A DNA stretch of 63,491 nt, counting the filler. It is 9 parts of 9 records of this genome, joined end to end, with 100 filler letters (N's around TTAATTAATTAA, not from the genome) between each part and the next. Parts side by side here need not be neighbours in the genome. Positions count along the whole stretch, not along the records: positions 44,821 to 50,285 come from SRR31156797_139271; positions 50,386 to 58,045 come from SRR31156797_139948; positions 58,146 to 63,491 come from SRR31156797_140367; 6 more parts are not named here. The stretch is one strand, 5' to 3'. Made by a program: the position numbers and the translations under genes. Below are positions 48,415 through 58,676 of this stretch, piece by piece. The notes under the pieces are model-generated. The model ran no database searches and had not been told where the DNA came from. It saw only the letters and a list, made by a program, of their open reading frames with translations. Each line of letters begins with the position of its first letter. Position 1 is the first letter of the stretch.

Positions 48415-49062
48415 ATGGCAACGACCACGATCATTCTGGCCTGTATCCTGATGCCTGTCCTGCTCTACTATGAAAACAAAGAAATCCCGAAAGGCATCCT
48501 GCCCGTTAAAACCGCCATTTCCCTGCTCTTCGTCGTGGCCGCTCTCATACAGCCGCGACCGGTTCCGTCTTATTTTGCCTGGATGCTGCCCGGTTTGATA
48601 TTCTGCCTGGGCGGGGATGTTTTTCTGGCGCTGCCGCAGAAAAAGATGTTCTTCCCGGGACTGGTGTCATTCCTCGTGGGTCATGTCTTTTACGTGATCT
48701 GCTTTTTTCACACGGCACCCCCCACAACATCGGTCTTATGGGGTGCCTTACCGGTCTCAATTGCCGGTTTGTGGATTTTCTTTCGGCTTAAGCCCCATCT
48801 GGGCCACATGATGATTCCGGTAATGGTCTACATTTTCGTCATCACCATCATGGTCTGCGGCGCTTTCTCCCTTCTTCTGGAACCCGGGCTCTCTTTCACC
48901 GGCTGCATGTTGGCTTTTACAGGCGCCCTGAGCTTTTACATATCAGACCTTTTCGTGGCCAGGGACAGATTTATCGAGAAAGGGGCCGTCAACCGTATCC
49001 TGGGCCTCCCCCTTTATTTTGGAGGTCAATTCCTTCTCGCCTTTTCCATCGGGTATCTATAA
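48415..49062 (+). CDS. YhhN/TMEM86 lysoplasmalogenase family membrane protein
   Basis: GGDVFL, GLVSFLVGHVFY and FYISDLFVARDRF. Confidence 0.85.
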   Translation: MATTTIILACILMPVLLYYENKEIPKGILPVKTAISLLFVVAALIQPRPVPSYFAWMLPGLIFCLGGDVFLALPQKKMFFPGLVSFLVGHVFYVICFFHTAPPTTSVLWGALPVSIAGLWIFFRLKPHLGHMMIPVMVYIFVITIMVCGAFSLLLEPGLSFTGCMLAFTGALSFYISDLFVARDRFIEKGAVNRILGLPLYFGGQFLLAFSIGYL

Positions 49063-49181
49063 ATGATCACTTTTTCAGTTAAAGAATTCTGGTGATACAA
49101 CCGATGATCATTATGTGAGTGACTTTACCTGAAATCATATGTTGAACCTCTTTCCGCCCTGGAAAGAAAAGGATCGTATCA

Positions 49182-50285
49182 ATGGAAATCATAACCACAC
49201 ATAAGAATGTTGACTTTGACGCACTGGCTTCCGTTTTTGCCGCAACCAAAATTTACAGTGGGGCATTGGCCGTTCTACCCAAAAGCTTGAATCCGAATGT
49301 GAAAGCCTTTCTTTCTCTCCACAAGGATCTTTTTCCCTTCAAAACACCCAACGAAGTCGACATGGGCGAAGTGTCCAGACTGGTTGTGGTGGATGCACCC
49401 CGTTGGTCCCGCCTGGAAGGTCTGAGCAAATTGAGGGAAAAAACAGATCTGGATATTCATATCTGGGATCATCATAAAGCCTCAGGTGAGTTCCGTGCGT
49501 CGAAAACCCGTATCGAGGAAGTGGGCGCGGCCGTCACGCTTCTGGCACTTCAACTAAAGGGGGATCAAAGCCCCATTACCCCCATTCAAACAACCCTCTT
49601 TCTAGCGGGGATCTATGAAGACACCGGAAGCATGAGCTTTTCCTCCACCACCGCCAAGGATGCAAAGGCCGTTGCTTTTCTGCTGGAGATGGGTGGGGAC
49701 CTTGCCATGGTCAAGAATTTTCTTCGTCCGGCTTATGGGCCGAAGCAAAAAGATCTCCTTTATGAAATGCTTAAAAGTGCAGAAAGAGAAAAACTGGATG
49801 ACTATAACGTCAGCATCGGCATGACGGAAATCAAAGGTCACGTTCCGGGACTTTCACTGGTTGTTGATATGTATCGGGATATCGTAAACGTTGATGTGGC
49901 AATCGGCATCTTTCTCGAAAAAGCAAGGGACCGCTGTCTGGTAATCGGCCGCAGCACCCCGGATACGGTGGATATCGGGGCCGTCATGCAGGTTATGGGC
50001 GGCGGCGGGCATCCCAACGCCGGATCAGCCCTTTTGCGATCCGTGGGCCTTGACGATGCGGCTGCATGGGTCTCCGAGTTATTGAAAGGGAATCACAGCA
50101 CCTCGGTAAAAATCAGCGATCTCATGTCTTATCCCGTTTTTTCCGTATCTCCTGCCACGACCATGAATGAGGTGGCCCTTCTCCTGCGCAAAAAGGGTTG
50201 CACCGGCTTTCCCGTTACGGAAGGGCGCAAGGTGGTCGGGATTATTTCCAGAAGAGATTTTCGAAAAGTCCGAAAAGAATCCCAG
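49182..50285 (+). CDS. DHH/DHHA1 + CBS domain protein (N-terminal architecture of CBS-type tRNA nucleotidyltransferases), 3'-truncated
   Basis: THKNVDFDALAS, WDHH, GIYEDTG, GGGGHPNAGSA, then a CBS domain. Confidence 0.8.
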
Positions 50286-50385
50286 NNNNNNNNNNNNNNN
50301 NNNNNNNNNNNNNNNNNNNNNNNNNNNNNTTAATTAATTAANNNNNNNNNNNNNNNNNNNNNNNNNNNNNNNNNNNNNNNNNNNN
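50286..50385. other. Artificial contig spacer
   Basis: N-TTAATTAATTAA-N linker. Confidence 0.99.
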
Positions 50386-52046
50386 CGTCTTCGAAAAGAA
50401 CCGACGACGGCACCTTCGAACATACCTGTTACGCTCGCATCCGCGTGCCCGAGCAACGCCCGAATACGGGAATCCTCGACCCCGCCAGCGACCAGGGCAT
50501 CCTTGAAATTGTGGCGGAACGAGTGGAAAGAGACCTTCTTGGTCTTCGCGCCGATCGCCCGAAGGTAACGGCTAAAGTGTTTCGAGAAGTTATGGGAAAA
50601 GTAGCCGTCCTTGCCAGGCTTCACTTCGGGAAACAGCCTGCCTTTCGGCTGTGAATTTTTCATTTTCTCGACATGTGCCAAGAAACCCATCCTCTCCAGG
50701 TCAGGATGAACAGGAATAAGACGGCGACTTGATGCCGTCTTCAGCTGTTTGGTCTCGCCCTCACCCCTGGCAACATCGAAGACATAGACGTCGTCCTGTT
50801 CCCGTACGTCCTTGACGAGAAGTTGCACGATTTCACCTAAACGCATCCCTGAGAACAAACCGATCAACGGAACCCAGAACTTCCCGTCCTTTTCCATCTG
50901 ATTTCCGGGCTTGGTCCTGACCGTTATCGAGGAATGACCCGTATACTGGGGAGATTGGAAGATCACAGAAAGCTGCTCCTCCGAAAATGGCAAACGTGCG
51001 TCCTTCGGATCGGCCGATTTTCCGATCACTTTGATTTTGGCCCCCGGCGCTTTTTCGAGATACCCCTCGTCAACGCACCAATTCAGGAAACTTTTTAGGT
51101 TCAGAAAGTACTTGGTCGCCGTTTTCGGTGCCAAGCGCGGTAGGTCGCCAGCCATCGCAACAATCTGGCGCAAAGTTTTCCCTTCGAATTTCTTGGCCTT
51201 GGAGTGGTTTGTCGGCAGGTCCAACATCAGGTCCCGGAATTCTCTTACATCCTCGGTTTGGATGGCCGCTATGAGTTTGGCCGGGCCGAACAGATCGATA
51301 AACCAATCCAGCACACGCCGGTTTTCGCCGTAGGTCTTGGAGACCCAAACATGTTTGCCCTTTTGATCGCAGTACCGATCCGCAAGTTTTATCAATGACA
51401 GGTCGTGCGTCTCTGGCGTATCTCCGGGCTGGCCGGGCATGGGCGGAAGTCCGGGGCTGGAAAGTCCCTCGAACAGAGGATCCTTAGGGACCGTATCTTC
51501 GTAGCGGCCTTCCAGCATCGCCACAAAAATGCGGCATTTCTCGATCTGTGCCCGCAATACTCCGGCACAAATATAGTCAAAGGATTCGGTGTCCATCTTC
51601 CCTTCATCACCCGTTTCCGCAGACTCGATGCTACGAGCTGTGGAGATTTCAAGAATTTGGAAAGCTCTGTCCGCCAGACGACCACGAAGCAAAGAGGTAT
51701 GTTCTTTGGCCCCTTCGACCTCAAATTCTCGGGAGATGTCCAGGTCTTGCGGAATGAGTTCCGCAATTTCCTCGGCTTTCGACCACTCATCAAGGAAGTA
51801 CTGACGGATGCGCTCGTCTAATTTCTTACGGGAGACACCTGACATTGTATTCAGCCCGCCGATAAACTGTTCAAACCGGTTTGTGAGCTCACGACAGCGT
51901 ACCCGAGCGACGGCCAGATCACGAGTCCGAAGCGAAACCTTGATCTCACGGCGGTTGATCAGGCGCCGAATTCCTCGAGGTAAGGCGCGCCGAAAATAGT
52001 AGACGTTTCCGCGTCGCTGCAGATGAGGAACTCCCCGTCCCTTCAT
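50386..52046 (-). mobile_element. Tyrosine recombinase/integrase (DUF6538-type N-terminus) marking a genomic island at tRNA-Ser; 3'-truncated
   Basis: HLQRRGNVYYFRR...EIKVSLRTRD N-terminus; GMRLGE, FHSFRH and LLGH motifs; starts about 100 bp downstream of the tRNA 3' end. Confidence 0.9.
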
Positions 52047-52060
52047 TTCCGCGTCCCTGT

Positions 52061-52081
52061 TGTACCAGATCAATGTACCAG
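52061..52081. repeat. Short direct repeat TGTACCAG x2, candidate integrase arm sites
   Basis: Copies at 52061-52068 and 52074-52081, between the tRNA and the integrase start. Confidence 0.45.
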
Positions 52082-52146
52082 TCGCGGAAGAACGCCATTT
52101 TGCGCCGGGAAAAATCGTTTAAATTTCAGAGGGTTACTAAGAAAGA

Positions 52147-52236
52147 TGGCGGAGGGAGTGGGATTCGAACCCACGATACCCTTTCAGGTATACACACTTT
52201 CCAGGCGTGCGCCTTCAACCGCTCGGCCACCCCTCC
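52147..52236 (-). tRNA. tRNA-Ser(GGA)
   Basis: GGAGGGGTGGCCGAGCGG...CACGC-CT-GGA-AA-GTGTG, long variable arm, GTTCGAATC, encoded CCA; 90 nt. Confidence 0.96.
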
Positions 52237-52432
52237 ATGGGGGCGCAAAACTAGCCGACGGACGGGCCTCCTGCAACGGTTTTGAGCGCAAATCGGCGCA
52301 CCACGGCAAAGCCGGCGGTCGCGGCCGCACCGATGCCGCCCGGAGTTGCGCAAACCCCCAAGAAAAGCGCACAATGGAAGCGTCGGAACGGGCGATTCCG
52401 GCCATAGACGTTCAGGATAAGGAGCCCATCCC

Positions 52433-53131
52433 ATGTCGATCGATTCCCAAGGCGTGGTCAGAGCCTTCGTCAAGGCGGCCGAAGCCGGCGTTGAGCGCGA
52501 GATCGAGAAGGTCCACCTTCCGACCGTCATCGTGTCGCGCACCATCGGCAGTTGGGGAGACAAAATTGCCGCCGCCGTCGCCAAAAAACTCGGGGTCGAG
52601 ATCTACGGATCGGAAATCCTCGATTCGGTGGCGAAACAGGCCAAGGTCGACAAAAAGCTGTTGTCCAGCCTCAACGAAGTCGCCGGACAGCCGAGTGACG
52701 CCTGGCTGTATGCCACCTTCTTCGGCAAGAACGTATCCCGCGACGACTATCTGAACCACCTGGTCGCCACCGTGCGCGGCGTTCAGCGCATGGGCGGCGT
52801 CATATTGGGGCGCGGTTCGTACATCATCCTCGAAAACAAACCGGTGCTCCGGATTAGGATCACCGGCTCGGTCGAGGCCTGCGCCAAAAGGATTGCCGAA
52901 GAGGACGACAGCGCCATCGAGGCCGCCACCCGCAAGGTCCGCGAAAGCAACAAGAAGCGCGGCAAATTCGTCTGGGACATGTTTCACCGCCGCCTCAACG
53001 ATCCGACCAACTTCGATCTCGTCATCAACACCGACAAGTTCACGTCGATCGATCCGGCCGTCGACATCATCATGGCGGCCCTGCGGGCGACCGGTCTCGA
53101 CAAACCGGCAAAAAAAGCCGCCGCCGAATAG
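52433..53131 (+). CDS. Cytidylate kinase-like family protein
   Basis: VIVSRTIGSWGDKIA, GVILGRGS and DPTNFDLVINTD. Confidence 0.8.
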   Translation: MSIDSQGVVRAFVKAAEAGVEREIEKVHLPTVIVSRTIGSWGDKIAAAVAKKLGVEIYGSEILDSVAKQAKVDKKLLSSLNEVAGQPSDAWLYATFFGKNVSRDDYLNHLVATVRGVQRMGGVILGRGSYIILENKPVLRIRITGSVEACAKRIAEEDDSAIEAATRKVRESNKKRGKFVWDMFHRRLNDPTNFDLVINTDKFTSIDPAVDIIMAALRATGLDKPAKKAAAE

Positions 53132-53154
53132 CCGCGTTTGCGTCTTTGCCGTAT

Positions 53155-54063
53155 TCAGAAACTGTCGATGAAGGCGGCGCCCTCGACGCCGTGATAAAAT
53201 CCGTTGGCAAACGGAAGGTCGGGCACCAGTTCGCCGATCCTGATATCCGCCGCTTCCGCGTCCATTCGTCCGTCGAGAACGTCGCGGAAGATGCGGGTTA
53301 TCGCCACCATGTCGACCGACTGCGGCGACAGGCGGAAACGCGACAGGCCCATCTGTTGCAGGCTTTCCAACTCGGCGATCAGGTTGCCGCAGGCGCCGGA
53401 CAGGGTCTGCAAACCGTTGGCGGCCAGGAACAAGTCCCCGTCCAGCGTCTCGACCGCCAGGCCGTCGCCATCCTCGACGCAGACAAAGCCGCAGTTGTCC
53501 TTGGCCAGGCCGCGGGCCCGGGCGGCGTAGCAGCGGGCCGACAGGGCCAGCGGAAATCGCCCGAAAACCTGAACCTCGAGCTCGACCGGTGTTTTCGCCG
53601 CCAGCACCTTGAGGGAGTCGGCCGGTAGCTCGGCCGGCAGGCAGACCCGGGTGGCGCCGCGCGCCGCGAATGCCGCCAGTGTGCCTTCGTTATAGACGTT
53701 GACGTAGGGCCCGATCGCATGCGGCCGCCCGGCCAGAAGGGCGCAGGCCGAAACGTCGTTGGCCTCGATAAGAAAATCCGGCTCATCGGCCATCGCCTTG
53801 ACGGCGGCCAGGTCGTCGTCGCTCATGATCAGGGCCAGCGTCGAGAGCACCACCTCCTTGCCGCCGGCAACCAAGCGGTCGCGGACCGCATCGAAGACCT
53901 TGGAATTGGCCCCGATGCGTTTCTCGCAGACGACCTCGCCCAAATGCACGCAGCCGACATCGGCCTCGTCGGCGATGCGGAAATAGAAATCGCGCCAGGC
54001 CTCGGCGCCCCAGTGGAACAGCACCGGGCCGAGGGTCAGAACGGGTTTTTTGCCGGTGGCCAT
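53155..54063 (-). CDS. ubiV: O2-independent ubiquinone biosynthesis protein, U32 family
   Basis: LTLGPVLFHW, LGEVVCEKR, LALSARCY...NCGFVC and FANGFYHG; start MATGKKP. Confidence 0.92.
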   Translation of the reverse strand: MATGKKPVLTLGPVLFHWGAEAWRDFYFRIADEADVGCVHLGEVVCEKRIGANSKVFDAVRDRLVAGGKEVVLSTLALIMSDDDLAAVKAMADEPDFLIEANDVSACALLAGRPHAIGPYVNVYNEGTLAAFAARGATRVCLPAELPADSLKVLAAKTPVELEVQVFGRFPLALSARCYAARARGLAKDNCGFVCVEDGDGLAVETLDGDLFLAANGLQTLSGACGNLIAELESLQQMGLSRFRLSPQSVDMVAITRIFRDVLDGRMDAEAADIRIGELVPDLPFANGFYHGVEGAAFIDSF

Positions 54064-54067
54064 CGGC

Positions 54068-55057
54068 CTACTGCCAGTTCCGGCGATAGGCGCCGGAAGT
54101 CTGCTTACCGCCCTCGGCAATGGCGGTCAGTTCGGCAACCGGCACCGGTTCGCCGGCGGCGACGGCATCGGCGGCGCGCCTAAAAGCGGCGACCACCTGA
54201 CCGACATAGGCGCGGCCGCGCTGCCGGCCCTCGATCTTGAGCGCGGTGACGCCGGCGTCGGCCAGTTCGGGTAGCAGGTGAAGGGCGTTCAGCGACGACG
54301 GCTCCTCGAACAGGTACTGGGTTTTGCCGGCGACCCGGTAGCGGCCTTTGCAGGTCGTCGGATAGGCCGCCGGTTCCTCACCGTCGACCACATTGACCGT
54401 GAAATCGCCGAGCTTCGTGGCCATGGCGTCGCCGCGCTCGACATAGCGCACATGCTGAGCCGGTGAACAGACGCCTTCGCGGTTCGGTGATGACGGCGTC
54501 GCGTAGGACGAGAACATGCAACGGCCTTCGGCCATGACGCAAAGACCGCCGAAGACGAAGACCTCGGTCTCGACCGCGATTTTGGCATTCAGGCGGGCGA
54601 TTTCGCCGACCGTCAGGACGCGCGGCAGGACGACCCGCCTGACCCCGAAGCTTTCGCAATAAAAGCGTATCGATTCCGGGTTCGAGGCCGACGCCTGCAC
54701 CGACAGATGGCGGCGCAGGTCCGGGTGGTTGCGCATGGCGTAATCGGCCAGGCCGACATCGGCCAGGATGACGGCATCGGCGCCCAACCGGGCGGCATCG
54801 TCGACGGCCCGGTGCCAGGGATCCTGGTTGCCGGCGCGCGGGAACGTGTTGATGGCGACCAGGATCTTCGACCCCCGGTCATGGGCGTAGGCGATGCCGT
54901 CTTGCAGTTCGTCGCGGCTGAAATTGAGGCCGGGGAAATTGCGCGCGTTGGTTTCGTCGCGAAAACCCAGATAGACGGAATCGCCGCCGGCATCGACGGC
55001 GGCGCGCAGGCTGGCCGGGGTGCCGGCCGGGCAGACCAGTTCGAGCCTTCGTTTCAT
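54068..55057 (-). CDS. ubiU: O2-independent ubiquinone biosynthesis protein, U32 family
   Basis: ELVCPAG, TNARNFPGLNF, GGLCVMAEGRC, GVCSP, CKGR and KIEGRQRG. Confidence 0.94.
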   Translation of the reverse strand: MKRRLELVCPAGTPASLRAAVDAGGDSVYLGFRDETNARNFPGLNFSRDELQDGIAYAHDRGSKILVAINTFPRAGNQDPWHRAVDDAARLGADAVILADVGLADYAMRNHPDLRRHLSVQASASNPESIRFYCESFGVRRVVLPRVLTVGEIARLNAKIAVETEVFVFGGLCVMAEGRCMFSSYATPSSPNREGVCSPAQHVRYVERGDAMATKLGDFTVNVVDGEEPAAYPTTCKGRYRVAGKTQYLFEEPSSLNALHLLPELADAGVTALKIEGRQRGRAYVGQVVAAFRRAADAVAAGEPVPVAELTAIAEGGKQTSGAYRRNWQ

Positions 55058-55752
55058 GCCTTCGCCGTCTTGCCCGGCGTCGTCCGGCGGCGCCGGGCGC
55101 TTCGCTGTTGCGGTTCGGCGGCGCCGATCTTTTCTTCGAGATCGCGCAAGTTGGCGGCTTGCGCCTCGGTCCGGCGCAGGGCCGGCGCCAGGATGGCGTC
55201 GCGCAGCGTCTCCAGGTCGCGGGCGGCGCGCGAAAACAACAAACCGGCGGTGTCGACCGCAACCCGGGCCGGAGCGGACAGCGGCCCCAGAGGCGACAGC
55301 AGGTCGCCGATCAGATCGATCTCGGCATCGTCGATGGCGTTGCGAAGCGCCACCACGGCCTCGGTATCGCCTTCGAAAACCAGGTCGCGCGAGAAGAACA
55401 GGCTATCGCCGTCGATGCGGCCCTCGAGCAGATCGATCAGCTTCAACAGCGGCCCGCGGATGATCGCCGTCGTTTCGGTTTCTTCCGCCCGGTCGCGGCG
55501 CACGGCGCGCAAAGACGGATGTCCCGCGTCGGCTTCGAGCCAAAAAACGAAGGGCAGTTCGATCGCATCGATCAGGAACGAGGGCGCGCCCAAACCGCTC
55601 AGACGGTCGAACAGGTTCGGGTGGCGGCGCAGCACCGTTCGTAGCGCCAGGTTCAGCCCCGGCTGCAGGGCGATCGGCGGCAGCGGGCGGGCGGCAAGTC
55701 CGGCCAGCAAAACCGGCGAGAAGGGCGGGGTCAGTGGGCGTTTCGGGGGCAT
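55054..55752 (-). CDS. ubiT: SCP2-domain ubiquinone biosynthesis accessory factor
   Basis: DGDSLFFSRDLVFEGDTEAVVALRNAID; directly upstream of ubiU. Confidence 0.9.
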   Translation of the reverse strand: MPPKRPLTPPFSPVLLAGLAARPLPPIALQPGLNLALRTVLRRHPNLFDRLSGLGAPSFLIDAIELPFVFWLEADAGHPSLRAVRRDRAEETETTAIIRGPLLKLIDLLEGRIDGDSLFFSRDLVFEGDTEAVVALRNAIDDAEIDLIGDLLSPLGPLSAPARVAVDTAGLLFSRAARDLETLRDAILAPALRRTEAQAANLRDLEEKIGAAEPQQRSARRRRTTPGKTAKA

Positions 55753-55873
55753 GGTTCGATCCAGGTTAAAAGGCTTTGCCCGACCATCCTGCTATAACCC
55801 ATTGCGCATATGGCCGCAACGGCGGCGCCAACTTTGCTTGGCCTCGGGACGCCCGGTGCGGCTATCATGGGCC

Positions 55874-56485
55874 ATGCGCATTTCCAAGCAAATCGGACTG
55901 GTGCTTCTTGTCATCGCCCTGCTCGGCGCCGTTGCGGAAACCATGGCGCACGCCCAGCCCGGCGTCAAAGGGGTTTTCCTGTCCGCCTACGACGTGCTCT
56001 ATGCCCTGTGGCCCGGAAAGCTGATCGTCGCCAAGATCCATATCGAGCGCGAACTCGGCGCGACCGCCTGGGACCCGTTTGCGGTTGGGTTCCTGGCCCT
56101 GCCCCTGTGGCTGATTTTCGGACTGCCGGGCGGCATTCTGTTGTGGCTGGGTGTGCGGCGTCCGGGAGGCAAAAGGAGCGCCAAGGCCGACGAGTTGGAG
56201 GAATCGCTTTTTCTGTTCGATTCCCTGGCCGAGCGGGCCCGCGAGGAAGGCTATGTGGACGACGACGACGACGACGATCCCCGCTTCGAGCCGCAATTCG
56301 CCACCGCCTTCGACGCCCGTCCGCCGGCGCCGGACCTGCTCGACGGCGCCGACGAGGCCGAGGACGGCCAGGACAAGCCAAGCGAGCCCGGCACGCCGGA
56401 AAACCCGATCGTCCTGACGTCCGATTCGGCCGTTGAAGCGGACGAAATCGAAGCGCCAGATAAAGAGATTCCTAAAAAGGAATAA
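55874..56485 (+). CDS. Hypothetical membrane protein with an acidic low-complexity tail
   Basis: Start MRISKQIG at 55874; 2 TM segments and a D/E/P-rich C-terminus. Confidence 0.6.
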   Translation: MRISKQIGLVLLVIALLGAVAETMAHAQPGVKGVFLSAYDVLYALWPGKLIVAKIHIERELGATAWDPFAVGFLALPLWLIFGLPGGILLWLGVRRPGGKRSAKADELEESLFLFDSLAERAREEGYVDDDDDDDPRFEPQFATAFDARPPAPDLLDGADEAEDGQDKPSEPGTPENPIVLTSDSAVEADEIEAPDKEIPKKE

Positions 56486-56500
56486 CGGGGTGGCTAACGC

Positions 56501-58045
<1,545 letters not shown>

Positions 58046-58145
58046 NNNNNNNNNNNNNNNNNNNNNNNNNNNNNNNNNNNNNNNNNNNNTTAATTAATTA
58101 ANNNNNNNNNNNNNNNNNNNNNNNNNNNNNNNNNNNNNNNNNNNN
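58046..58145. other. Artificial contig spacer
   Basis: N-TTAATTAATTAA-N linker. Confidence 0.99.
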
Positions 58146-58672
58146 CTGGGTTCAAAAGGTTTGAACCGGATATCCGATTCTGTCTCGGCGGCCACCGCCT
58201 TGAGCACCGGCACGGCCGGGGAACCGGCCGGCGCAAAAGGAAGCGTTTTTCCACTGAAATCTGAAAGTTCCCTGCAAGCCGGGTCGGTGGAGAGGAGATA
58301 AAATTTTTTCCAGCCGGTGATGGTCAATATCTCCACCGGCGCCCCGGCTGCATGCGCCTGGGCAAACCCCTCGGTGTGTCCCAGCCACAAATCTCCCTTG
58401 CCGGCAAGCAGCAACCCCCGCAGATCATCAAGCCCTTTCCACATTCTTACCCGCAGGTTGCAATGGTCGAGAATGCGTCCGTTGCGCACCGCGTACCAAA
58501 AAGCAAATTGTGGCGTGGTGGCAAGCCCGGTAGTGTAAAAAGTCAGGGTGGGCAGATCCGATCGGTCTCCGAAAATAAGCTCGTTCTCCTGCCCGGTCTT
58601 AAACGCAACATATCCGCCAATGGCCGTAAGGGTTGCCAGGACCGCAAGTACCGGTGCCAGTGTTTTTTTCAT
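58146..58672 (-). CDS. ABC substrate-binding protein (NMT1/TauA-like), 3'-truncated
   Basis: N-terminal TM/signal; LRGLLLAGKGDL and LSDFSGKTL...GSP. Confidence 0.65.
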
Positions 58673-58676
58673 GGTG

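Noticed and set aside
55802-55819. TTGCG-N8-CGCAA inverted repeat upstream of ubiT as a RegA/PrrA or FNR site
   Set aside because: The spacing fits neither recalled consensus well, and short GC-rich inverted repeats are common by chance.
54707-55873. N-terminal ~390 aa of the 592-aa ORF 54707-56485
   Set aside because: Antisense to ubiU/ubiT; only the part from ATG 55874 looks like a real protein.
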